Assembly: GCF_009834535.1 (NCBI RefSeq)
Contig: NC_045707.1
Span: 64,110,001 to 64,174,000 of the forward strand
Length of the DNA stretch: 64,000 bases
Direction: 5' to 3'
Source: Camelus ferus
Lineage: Eukaryota
Below the pieces are notes generated by a model that was not told the origin of the DNA, searched no databases, and saw only the letters and a list, made by a program, of their open reading frames with translations. Shown piece by piece: positions 51,372 to 62,440 of this stretch (the first letter of the stretch is position 1; each line of letters begins with the position of its first letter). The position numbers were made by a program, and so were the translations under genes.

Positions 51372-51743
51372 TGTCTGTGAGTCTGTCTCTGTTTTGTAAA
51401 TAAATTCATTTGTGTCCCCTCCTTTTTTTTTACAGACTCACAGACATGGAAAACAAACTTATGGTTACCCAGGGGAAAAGAGGGGTGGGGGGGGACAAAT
51501 TGGGAGTTTGGGATTTGCAGATACTAACTACCATATATAAAATAAATAAATAGCAAGGTCCTACTGTATAGCACAGCAAACTATACTCAAAGACTTGTAA
51601 TGGCCTATAATGAAAAAGAATATGAAAAGGAATATATACATATACATGAATCACTATATTGTACACCAGAAATTAACACATTATAAATCAACTGTATGTC
51701 AGTGAAAAAAATTCGAAAATAAAATAAAAAATATTAAACATTA
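51372..51743 (+). mobile_element. 5'-inverted (twin-primed) L1 3'UTR fragment inserted in ERV pol
   Basis: Perfect 15-bp TSD aaaaatgcctttcaa (51357-51371 and 51744-51758). 51372-51431 is antisense L1 3'UTR; 51432-51743 is sense 3'UTR with an A-rich tail. Confidence 0.95.
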
Positions 51744-51758
51744 AAAAATGCCTTTCAA

Positions 51759-53760
51759 AATCTCCTATGCCTCCAATTGCCGTAGACCTTTCTTTCTGTT
51801 TGTATACTAAAGATCCAAGGACAGACTTTGAGTGTTCTGACTCAACAGTCCGATGGGCTTCAGACACCTGGCACTTTTAACAGCCTCTCACTTTACCCTA
51901 CAGCAGAAGCCTACCATATTTGCTGTGTTCAGTGGCAACAGCAGTGAAGTTAATGGAGGCTTCTGCTGTCTTAGTCTTACGATCTCCACTTAACCTCATG
52001 TCATTCAGATTTTACTCTTCACTGAAAACACTCATTGCTTTTCTGCTTCTCGACTGACCTTCTAGGAAGTCCTTCTCTTCTCACTCACACATATTTCTAT
52101 CCATTGCTGCAGTCCCCAAAGCCCTCCAACTTCCTTCCTCTCCCAAAGGAAGGAAAACCTTCTGATTGTAAGGGACTGATTCAGGAGTTTTCCTTGCTCC
52201 ACTCTGATGTCCTCAAAACTCTTTTAGACAACTCAGATTTAGAACTGTTTATGGAAAGAGCCTACTTGAGAACTGAACAAGGAAGGTATCAAGCTTAGCA
52301 TGTGATTGCAAGTCACTCAGACTTACTTGAATGTTATCTTTTCCCAGAGGCAAAATCTATACAAGTTGCTGAAATTGGAGCATTTACTATAGCCTGCCAG
52401 TTACATAGAGATAAGAGAGCAAATATCTATATGTATAACAAATATGCTTTTGGGGTAATTCATAATTTTGATATGCTGGGGAAGCAATGTGGCTTCTTAA
52501 CTGCATCTGGTTTTCCAATTAAACGTAACAGTCACATAAAAGTCTTATTATGTGCCTTGTTTTTTTCCAAAGGAATTGGCTATATTATGGTTGAGCTCCA
52601 CAGTAAAAAGCAGACTCAAGGAGCAAAGGGTAATACTTTAGCAGATTACTATGCTAAATGAGCTGCTTTAACACTTCCAGATTGTCCAATAAGTCCAAGA
52701 GTCAAAGCCAAAACTAACTTCTAACTATTGGCATCAGATCTTGAGTTAATTCCAGTATCAAGCATTTGATTCTGAAGAAGTGTTTTGGAAAAGAAAATCA
52801 AGTTGTTCTCTTCTCCCAGAAACCTCTGGTAGCACCAAGATGATCTCTTGGTCTGTCCCAAGATGGATCTTCTCAAAAAGTGTTACTTTGCTATGACCCA
52901 CTATGGAAAGGAAAATTTTAAAACCATCAGAAATAGGTATTGGTGGGAACACTTCAATAAGATTTCAGAGGATATCTCTGGTGTACTTCCCATCTGTCAA
53001 AACTGCCATCTTGAGAAAATTGTAAAGCTGGGGCATAACCACAAGCCAAAACCTTTAGGACCTTTTGAACATCTATCTACAAGTGGTACAAATGGATTTC
53101 ATTCAATTACTTATTTCATGTGGTTATGAATATGTCCTTACAAATGTGTTTGTTTCCTGGTCTTCTGAAAGCCTTTCATTGCCATAAAGTGACCCCTTTT
53201 GTAGTAGCAAAGAAACTTTCAGACGTTGCGGTTTCCACTTGGCAATACCCACCTATCTGTCTAGTTACAGAGGTACTGACTGAGACTTGTAAAACTATCT
53301 GAAGAACTTTATTTGCCAAGGCCAAAGGCTTTGCCTTTAGTTCTGGCCATGAGGGCCAGTCCAACAGGAACTCATTGACTATACCCATATGAACGTGTCA
53401 CTGGATGCCCTTTTGCATGTAGGGGTCTTACTCTTGACTGCTTTTTTACAGTTCAACATGGCAAAATACTGTAGGGGATGAATCCAGCATAATCAAGTTC
53501 ATAATCAACAGGTCCGAGCAGCTTCCTCCCAATAATAAAGCACAGGAACTCCCGCATGACGTTCAGCCTCAAGTCTTGGGTTAAGGAAAGAATAACATAA
53601 GGCTCTTCTCAAACTTCACTGGAAAGGACCACATCAGACATGGTTAACCATAACCACTATAGTAAAACTCCAGGGAATCAGCCCTGGGGTCATGCATTTA
53701 TATCCTGTACTTCTATATCAACAGGAGATCCAAAACTGAGAATCCCTTGGAATCTTCCAG
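51759..53760 (+). pseudogene. pol: ERV pol remnant: RT connection, RNase H, integrase
   Basis: QGQTLSVLTQ; AKSIQVAEIGAFTIACQL..KRANIY..KYAFGVIH..KGNTLADYYAK (RNase H); THYGKE..RYWW..PICQNCH..PLGPFEHL..QMDFIQL..GYEYVL (integrase); WKGPHQ. Multiple stops and frameshifts. Confidence 0.9.
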
Positions 53761-53929
53761 AAGATGACAACATGAAGGTGATGCGTTTCCAAGATCTTTG
53801 GACCAAGTAGCAGGCCAGGATGCTAGATGTGGATAGCCTATCCAAGACCTTTAGTTCAAGACTGCCTGTACCCTCAGACTAACTGGCTACTACATCCTTT
53901 TCATCTCTTCCTTCTCTTTTTCAGAGCCA

Positions 53930-54180
53930 TCTTTGAGATTCTTAAGGTTGTTCCTTTCCATAGTTGAACAAGAATTATACAAATCTACTGAGGTCAAATC
54001 TTCCTTCTTTATAGACTCAGAATGGGGATGGAATTTGTTTTCTGGGATAATCCCAGATGGGGCAGGATCTTGGTTAAGAGGCATTGTCCAAGGCCTTCTG
54101 ATCATTCTTATGTAAGTACTTGCCATATTCTCTCTAGAATCTTAAATGTTTCAGTCGCTCACTTGACAAATGATTAAAAT
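53930..54180 (+). pseudogene. env: ERV env remnant (C-terminal TM/membrane anchor only)
   Basis: WGWNLFSGIIPDGAGSWLRGIVQGLLIIL, located between integrase and the 3' LTR. Confidence 0.65.
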
Positions 54181-54371
54181 TCAATTAGAAAGGCAAAACT
54201 GACCAGGAGGGTAGGAAAAAGAAGAACAATTTTAAGAAAAGCCCCAATGTCATCATCATCATCATAAATGAGTCTGTGACTATAAATGCTTCAAGTGATG
54301 TAGACCTAGAGAACCAAACAAATCAAGATTTGGGTAAATAAGAGTAGGTCTCCCCACTGACCTAGAAGGAC

Positions 54372-54556
54372 TGTGAGAATTTTCCACTGTGGGCTTCTCA
54401 TGTCCTTGTCTCCTTTAACTGTCCCTCCATACCTTTCTTGCGCATGACTTTAACTCCTAACTTTTATCTTCATCCTTCTTGAGAACATCCAGATTGCCCA
54501 AAGAATAGCTTCTAATCCACAGGAATAATCTCTTCTTTTCCCTTCTGAACTCTGGA
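54372..54556 (+). repeat. 3' LTR of the ERV (apparently truncated)
   Basis: Starts TGTGAGAATTTTCCACTGTGGGC after the purine-rich agaaggac. Homology to the 5' LTR fades after ~185 bp. Confidence 0.75.
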
Positions 54557-54749
54557 CGGCGAAGTGAGAAGGATGAATCAGTGCTCGGAAAAGGGAGACA
54601 ATCCTGGGAAAATGAAAGTGACAAGTAAACAAGGCAGCAAAAATTCAACCACTGACTTTGGGGAGCCTGGGAAAATATCACAAATCAACCCAGGCCCAAC
54701 TTTGCATGAGGTAGTCACCAACCTGGAGAATCATATTTGCATCAGAAGC

Positions 54750-55110
54750 TATATGAGGTTGTAACATAGTAGTTAATAGAACAAAGAAGTCCTTATCTCT
54801 TTCTCGTAACAGTCTTGGACTTAACAGTCCAGATCTGGCCATGTCTCTATCCATGAAAACATTTAGAGATATGCCATCTTGTTGGTCCATTACCCTCTAG
54901 AACATAGCGGAAGCTGGTCACAGGCTTTAGCCTGTAGAAAGGGGGAGAAGCTGCATAGGAACACATGTCCTATGCCTCAAGGCCTAGACACAAGGGGCAG
55001 ACACCTCTTCTGCTCACCTTCATTTGGTGAGAAGATGGTCAAACATTCATATCTAGTTGCAAGAACATCTAAGAAATGTGTATTAGCTGACCATTCATGT
55101 GCTCAACTTT
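54750..55110 (-). mobile_element. Old MaLR LTR (MLT1-like)
   Basis: aagaagtccttatctctttctcgtaacagtc...cacctcttctgctcaccttcatttgg...ctagttgcaagaacatctaagaaatgtg. Confidence 0.55.
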
Positions 55111-55120
55111 ATATCTATAT

Positions 55121-55251
<131 letters not shown>

Positions 55252-55329
55252 GTTTTTTTCACCTAGACTTGGGAGAGGAGAGAAGAGAGGAGGAGTGATG
55301 AAAGCATAGATATCGGCAAGCCTATGATG

Positions 55330-55785
55330 GATATTTTCCTTTTACCCTACAGATCCATTTCCCACCCTTTATCCCGCCTGGTGCCTTGGGTGGCTCTGCA
55401 CATGGACTGCATCAACAGTTTCCTCTCCCTCCATTCTTCCATTGGGTTTGGCTAGTAGAAGGCATTGGCAGGAGATCTGGAGATCAGGAGGAAAGTAAGG
55501 TCAGGATATTTATTCCCTTGCCCTCCCAGCTGTGCTTCTCAACCAAAGACCTCAGCTCCTCTCAGATGGCCCTCTCTGCACAGCTCAGTTTCTTGGTTCC
55601 TATAACCACTTCCTTCTCCTATCCATTCAGGCTGAGGTGTAGGGTGGTGGTGGATCCATGCCCCATCCTTTATTGCTTTTCTTAAACTCTGCCCACATTT
55701 TTGTAAACAGTTCTTTTATAAGATCTCCTTAAATTATTCAATTTCAAAGTGCTGTTTGATTTCTGCCCAGAGCCTGGCGGATCCA
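55330..55785 (+). mobile_element. ERVL LTR (LTR33-family-like)
   Basis: tggactgcatcaacag...ttgggtttggctagtagaaggcattggcaggagatc...gtcaggatatttattccc...tgcccacatttttgtaaacagttc. Confidence 0.65.
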
Positions 55786-55949
55786 TTTCTGGAGAGTGGA
55801 ATTAGAGCCCTGCTTCCAGGATTAGAGTCATATGGAAGCAGCAAGTCCTAGAGGTAGAGACAGCCTCATAGAATGTCCCACGCACCAAAGCAGCTCAGTT
55901 ATGTCATGTAGTGGTAGGATGAGAAGGACCAGGAAGACAGGGGAGAGGT

Positions 55950-56180
55950 ATAATGCAGCAGTTAGAGCACAGAATCTGTAGCCAGATGGCCTGGGTCAGA
56001 ATCCTGGCTCTACTCTGTCCAGCAGCAGGCAGATGCCATTACCCCTGTGCTTTACTTTCCTCATCTGTAAGATGGGATATTAATAGTACCTGTCTCATGA
56101 GAGTGCGGTCAGAATTAAATGAAATATGCAGTTCCTGGGAGTTTTACATTAACCAATAAATATAACTGTAATAATAATTA
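55950..56180 (+). mobile_element. MIR SINE
   Basis: gttagagcacagaatctgtagccagatggcctgggtcagaatcctggctc...tttcctcatctgtaagatggg. Confidence 0.8.
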
Positions 56181-56269
56181 TTCTTAAATATCAAGGATCA
56201 GACAAAGTGCTGTTTGCTTCAGAGGATTTCTGTGTGGACAAATGAAATCAAAGACAAATGCCCTTCAAA

Positions 56270-56659
56270 TGAAGAATCTGACTTCATATTTTGCTGTTTG
56301 ACTGCTGACAGCATCTAAGCCTCACTTCTTCATCTTCCCCTTTTGCTCCACATCTGAACAAGCTGATAGGAAAGCCTGGGTGCTCACCATTTTGATGCCC
56401 CCAAACCATAAGTCCTTGCTGTGGGGGACTGTCATGCCCAACGCCAACCCCTAACCACAACAAAACCCCAGGCTAGTCTCTTCTCCTTGGTTTTTCATCT
56501 CAGACTTGCTTGAGAAGCCTGCTCTGCTATCCCCAGATGCCTCAGTTATGTAAGTAATATAATGAGCCTTTTTGTACCATTTGGTGGGTGGCTCGGTACC
56601 AATATCATAACCAAACTTTGAGTGGGGATCTGTCTGCCTCTACAGGAAACCTAATAACC
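56270..56659 (+). mobile_element. ERV1 solo LTR (MER110-like)
   Basis: gaatctgacttcatattttgctgtttgactgctgacagc...cacatctgaacaagctgataggaaagcctgggtgctc. Confidence 0.65.
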
Positions 56660-57289
56660 TTCCATTTGAAACACATTGGCACTAAAGCCACCACTCCACC
56701 ACCCTACTCCAGACCCACCTTGGGACAAGAGAAGGAAAATCTTGAACGGACTAACCTTATTTTTCCTTCCTACAGTGAATGGGCATCTCAAAAATAGAAA
56801 ATAAGTTGAATCACAGAAAAATAAAGTTCTTTTTCTTTCCCACCTTGGGTTGTAGACTGAGATTCATAACTGCTCAATCAGTTTACCTGACAACTTAGTC
56901 ACCAAGCAGGGCACCACCTTGCCCAACCTTACAAGTATCTCCCAACCAGCAAAGTAGAGCAAAGGTCACACAAAAGAAAAGACCCCATAGTGCCTAAGGT
57001 TTGAGAACGTAGATTCTAAACAGGGAAGCTTCACTTCCACTGCCTTCTCTTGATCTCGAATTGATGACCACTGCCTGCTCAATTCTTCCGTCTTTCCCAG
57101 GCCCTTCCTGTTGGCACACCTATCTACTTTTTCTTGGCCACCAGCAGTTTCCTTTTTTCCTTAATAGCCTATTTCTCTTTTTGGGTAAGTTCAAGTTATA
57201 AAAGTATTCTTTGCCCCTGAGTGGGCAGCCCCCTTCGGGATATAGCTTAGCCCAGAAGATTCCTATGGATAGACATAAGACTTACTAGA

Positions 57290-57445
57290 CGGACTTTAAA
57301 AAACTTAGCAGGTGCTGGGAGCCTATCTCAGATCTATGAAGTGAGAGTTTCCTGACCTGGGACAGATAGGGATGGAAGAGGTAGATTAGGAAACTGTATT
57401 TAAAAGAAGTTCAGCTGGTTTCAAAGGTGAATCAGGTGTAGAACA
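57290..57445. mobile_element. MER5-like hAT MITE
   Basis: ttaaaaaacttagcaggtgctgggagcctatctcagatctatgaagtgagag...ggaaactgtatttaaa. Confidence 0.45.
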
Positions 57446-58739
57446 TGTGGAACAGATTAATTTTGTGATGCTGGATTTTTTTTTTTTTAGCTCCTAGAAT
57501 ATCTTGATTCAGGGCCATTTGACAGGATATTATAATCCCACCATTTGCTCATTGCTCTGCTATCAGCATGAGTGGTTAGTACCTAATACACAACTTGACT
57601 AGAAATATGTTAAGGAATTAGGTCAACAGTACAGATAAATTCCAGACAGCAGAACAACTTTGACAAAGCTAAGGGAAGCTTCTTATAGTTTTTTTTATGA
57701 ATTAGTTAAAAAATAAAATATATTCTAACTATCAATCCTTTATCCAATTCATACCAAATATAATTGGTAGAAATGATCAGTGCAAAAGAAAATGACAGCA
57801 GTTGAAGCTACACATGATAAAAGTTGTTAGAGATGAAAATTTTACTGAAGAATCATGCCTTGATGCTCACATTGAAACATGCAAATGTTAAACAGGGAAA
57901 TATTAGACTTGGCAGAAGTCATCAACACTGAATAAAACTGCCAACGACTACATTGGCCCATGTTAGAATTTATGATTGCCTAAAAACTGACAGAAGAATT
58001 TAATTTTTTGACTAAGTTTAGGTATGAATAATTTGATGTGAGACAATTGGGTTTGGTACAAATAACGTTCATAAAAGAAAACTTGCAATTGCAGAAACTA
58101 TAATGAGTAAAAATTTGATATGAGCAACAAGAAAAAAAAAGCATCCTGAATGACATTTTCATTTAAACCTTCTGTGGAAAATAATTGCTTCCAATGAAAA
58201 GAATTTCAGTAAATTAAAAATCAAAGTGGAAAAAAATCAGAAATATCTTAATGCCTTGGGACAAAAAGTTTTATCAAGGAATTAAAGTAGCTTAATAGAA
58301 ATTAGCTCTGAAAATAGTTTCCTAATGAGTATTTTTATCCATGTAAGCATAATTTTGATGTAAAGATTTTTACTCCCAAGCACAGGGGTCAAAAGATTCT
58401 CGGACCAGAAAGTCCATAGGATCAAAATGGATAGGTCAAAACAAAAGGCTCAAAATTTTCTGCACCCAGTTATTTATGGTGGGGTGTCAAGAAGGGAATG
58501 GCCAGAAAAAGTCTGGAACATGGGGTAAACCCAAGAAGGGCAAGTGTTCATGGAGTCCCACCACCTCAGGTTCCTGGCACCCAGCTGGCTGAATTAGGTA
58601 GTGTGTTCCTAGGAGAAAGAGCTCAGAAGACACATCCTTCAAACTTTTCCCTGATCCTCTCTCTCCTTATCTAGCTTCTTACTGGGGGAACTGAACCATC
58701 TTCTAAGCCCTGAGGTTGACAGAGATAGTCATCTTTCAA

Positions 58740-59120
58740 AATGCAAATCCCACCATAAAAAAAGAGAAATATTGACAGCTGTTGGGGAGGACGTGGAGAC
58801 ATCAGAACCATCTACACTGCTACACATCAAGAGAGTGTCTATCACTTGACGAATGGACAAACACATTTGCGGTAGGTCCATACAGTGAAATATTGTTGGG
58901 CAATAGAAAGAGATAAAGTGCTGACCCAGGCTACGACACAGATGAACCTTGAAAACATTAAGCCAAGTGAAAGAAGCCAGTCACAGAAGGCCACGTATTG
59001 TGTGATTCCATTTACATTAAATGTCCAGAACGTGTAAATCTACGGAGAAGGGAAGTAGATGAGTGGTTGCCTATGGCTAGACGGGGCTGAGGAGGAAATG
59101 GGAAGGAGATGCCAAGGAGC
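58740..59120 (+). mobile_element. L1MB-like ORF2 end/3'UTR fragment
   Basis: gatgaaccttgaaaacattaagccaagtgaaagaagccagtcacagaaggccacgtattgtgtgattccattta. Confidence 0.85.
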
Positions 59121-59694
59121 GCACAGTTTTAAAGGCAGTGTGAGGGAGGGGGCTTCAGGGTGTGTGATCAGCTAGTGCACAGTTCTCAGGTTAGTCAGCG
59201 TCAAGGTGACGTTTCAACCATCACCAACCTTCTGGTTGCATCTGGTCTAGGGTCCATGAGCTTGTGGTCAGAAGTTTGCATCTTGTGGAGTTCTGCATCC
59301 TATAAAAACAACATAGGAGTATGTGTCAGGCCTTTATATCTTTCAGGAAACTGAGAGCTTGGTGACCCTCCTATGTGGCTGGTTTATAGTCTAAATTGTT
59401 ACCAGTTTTCCAGCCCAGCAGCTCTTCTTTGTTTCTATGTCGTCACGTTTCCTAATCATTAACTCTTGAGCCAACCTTTTGAGACTCAGGAGAAGGCTGG
59501 GTGACTAAAGCAAAAGCCTTTTGCTTCAAAGGACAGGGACCCAGGGGCTTGTATATGGTTTCAATTCCCCCTTTTCTTTGATACTCTTCAGTCTTGAGAG
59601 GAACAGTTTCAGGGAAAAAAGGGAGTTAAGTTTTGAATAGAAAGGTTGCTCATAAACTTGGCAGAGGAACTCGGTTTTAGGGGACTCAATTTCA
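59120..59694 (-). mobile_element. ERV1-type LTR (MER4/MER41-group-like), U5 end truncated
   Basis: gtgtgtgatcagctagtgcacagttctc...caaccttctggtt...tggtctagggtc. Minus-strand PPT aaagaaaagggggaa precedes TGAAACC at ~59564. Confidence 0.7.
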
Positions 59695-60545
59695 GTTGCT
59701 TAAACGTCTTTGCCTTGGAGATCTGCCATTAGGTCTTTACAGGGAGAGTTCCTGTTGATTTATTTTTTTCCTTTATATGAGCCTCACTTTCCTATTTCTT
59801 TGTATGCCTTGCGCTTTTTTGTTGCATCCCTGGCATTCGAATCAAATCATGTGGAAACTGTAGAAATCACATTCTCCCTCTTCCCCAGGGTTTGCTGGGT
59901 TTTGTTATTATTTTTTGGTTTTTTCGATTGTGTAAGGTATATCTATGCTGAGGATCAGCCTGAAATGTAAATTTAAAGTCTTCTCAGGTCTTTTCTGAGA
60001 CTTTCTTTGTTTCTGAATATCCTCATCTTTAATCCCTGGCTTCTGAAAGACGTAAACAGCAAAACATGAAGGGGGAGCAGATGCTGCCACTTTAAATCCC
60101 CTGGAATTTACTGTAGCTGGAGGGACTTGCCACAGTGTCGGGAGATGCAACAACAATGGCTGCCTGTCTTTTTGTCCGCACCTCTGTGATCAGAAACAGC
60201 CAGTAGGGAGCAGTGCACAGATTCCCACTAGTTAGAGGACAGGGTCATTTTGCCTACCCTGGCTCCTGCCAGCTGTGTGCAGGCTGCTCCAGCAGCACCA
60301 GCGCAGCTGCCTGCCGTGGGGCTGGCGGTGGGGGATGGAGAGCCGCTGCCATGCTAAGAGCTGAAATTGGCCAAAATTAACAGCAGTTTACCATCCCAGG
60401 CTTCCCCTGGAAACTGCAAGCCTTCAACAGACTCCAGAGTTCCCAAATCATTACATTTGGGAGATTCTGCTGGTGCAGTTGTTGTTTGGGTGGGGAGACA
60501 GATTCCAGATGCTTCCTTCTCCACCGTTGTCCCAGAATCCTCTTT
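59695..60545 (-). mobile_element. Old L1M 5'UTR/ORF1-start fragment
   Basis: tttcctatttctttgtatgcctt...gaaatcacattctccctcttccccagggtttgctg...ttctccaccgttgtcccagaatc. Confidence 0.65.
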
Positions 60546-60699
60546 GTCAGTGGATGGAATCTAATGTGTTGAATAACATGCTGAATCTTATGTGTTGCAT
60601 TAGTCAGTGTTCTTTTTTTTTTTTTTTTGAGAATATAGAAGGAGTTTATTAGATTATGTTGCCATAGACAACAGTGGGCCACACAGACGTGAGGTGCCT

Positions 60700-61189
60700 G
60701 TGTGAGCCCAGTGTTCTTAAGAGAAGGAAAACCAATAGGATGTGTCTGTAAGGAGACAGGGATTTACTGTAAGGAATTGGCTCATGCAATTATGGAGGCT
60801 GGCAAGTGTCAAGATCTACAGGGTGAGCTGGTGAAGCTGGAGACCCAGTAGAGCTAATGGTGTAGTTCCAGTCTGAGGCCAGTAGGCTCAAGACTCAGAA
60901 AGGGCCAATGCTTCAGTTGAAGTTCGAAGGCAGGAAAAAAGCCGATATACTGGTACAAAGGCCATCTGGCAGGAAGAATCCTCACTCAGACTTTTTAATT
61001 TTATTCAGGCCTTTGACTGATTGGATGAGGCCCACCCACATTATGGAGGGCAGTCTGCTTGACTCAGTTTACCAATGTAAACGTTAATCTCATTCAAAAT
61101 CACCCTTGTAGAAACATTGGATAACGTTTGACCAAATATCTGAGCATTTCATGCTTCAGTCAAGTTGACACATAAAATTAACCATCATA
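60700..61189 (-). mobile_element. ERVL solo LTR (MLT2B-like)
   Basis: aaggaattggctcatgcaattatggaggctggcaagt...gactgattggatgaggcccacccacattatggaggg...caagttgacacataaaattaaccatca. Confidence 0.9.
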
Positions 61190-62319
61190 CTTCAAATACA
61201 GAAATTATATCTAGAGAGAACTGGATGTGATGGTCCCTTTAGAAAAGTTGATAAAAACCCAGTGGCTGCATCTTCTCAGTGTGTTACTGAAATATCTGTG
61301 GAGCATGCCGAGTACACTATGATCCCAGCCCAGGACAACAAAGGCACTTTATGATTTTGGTGATGATGATGATGAGGTGCAAGTCACTAAAGTACTTGAC
61401 AGTTATATTTATGGAGCGAGACATTTCCTTTAATGCTGTTTTATAGGCAAGAGGGAAATGCTGCAAACATATTTTGGAAAACATACAAGTTTGTCAGGGT
61501 CTTGAGTTACCCTGTGCTCAGACTGCAGGAGTACCTTATGTTAACATGGAACATTCACACTTTATATAAACAGGGCTTGGGGAAGTTTCAGAATATCTGG
61601 AAAACAGACTTTGTATTATTATAAAGGTGTTCATCCTGGAATGATGAGCCTATCACAGTTTCCCCAGGGAACAGTTGAGTGGATGAGGCCAATTCAGAGG
61701 CAGCCTTTGACATAGTGAGAAGTCTTTAAATTTTGAAGTCTACTGTTGCAGGAGTAGAGGACAGTAAAGTCAGAGTGGACTACATCTCATGTTCCTACCA
61801 CCTTGTTTCAAGTTCAAGCACTTCTTTCAGTATTGGACCAGGGAACAAAGCCTGAACCTGAGAGGAGAGCCATGGATAGAAACATTAATCAAATTTGCTT
61901 TGAGGCAAGTTACTCACTGGAGCACAAAACATCTGGGAACTTTGCCATGGGCCATCCATAGTCGAGAAGTCAAGGGCCAGGTGCTGGTGGCATTAGTCCT
62001 TTGTCAATTACTCTCTCTCCCTTTCGTCTTAGTCCAAGTTGTAGAATAGTATCTTAGAGTTGAAATCGTATTTAGAGATCGGCTGGTTGATTTCATCCAA
62101 TTCAAAACCTGGGGGCTCATTAGGTCTGGCTGGGCCACATGCCTCACCAAGGTACAGCCAGTTTCAGAATGCTGTGAGTGCGTGCCTTTAGAGACGTTTC
62201 TAATTGATTCTTAGCATAGAGCAAGCCTTCTCTTCTCAGTCACGCACATGCTGTTGGCAGAAGTGATTTCATTGTTTCTTCTACAACCACGGTTGAAAAA
62301 TGTAGATGATCCACTCGGT

Positions 62320-62440
62320 TCATTGACTTCTTCATGTAACAAATATTTATTGGTGTTTAGGCACTGTGGCAGGCGTCAGATATACAAAGTGATCAAAAAC
62401 AGGGAAGTACCAGGTCCTTCTGGGGCATATAGCTCAGTGA
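62320..62440 (-). mobile_element. L2 3' fragment
   Basis: ttcattgacttcttcatgtaacaaatatttattgg...aggcactgtggcaggc. Confidence 0.55.

Larger units (their letters stand above)
49018..54556 (+). mobile_element. Degraded class I (ERV1/gamma-like) endogenous retrovirus with two LTRs
   Basis: Diverged direct repeats at ~49018-49220 and ~54372-54556 flank colinear gag, pro, RT-connection/RNase H, integrase and env-TM remnants. Confidence 0.9.

Noticed and set aside
52035..52661. Near-continuous RNase H reading frame as a domesticated retroviral gene
   Set aside because: There is an in-frame stop at 52296-52298, catalytic motifs are altered (DGS reads ERA, TDS reads MYN), the listed starts are not ATG, and the flanking pol is frameshifted.
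53933..54115. env ORF as a syncytin-like captured gene
   Set aside because: Only ~60 codons of the TM C-terminus remain. No signal peptide, SU, furin site or fusion peptide is visible.
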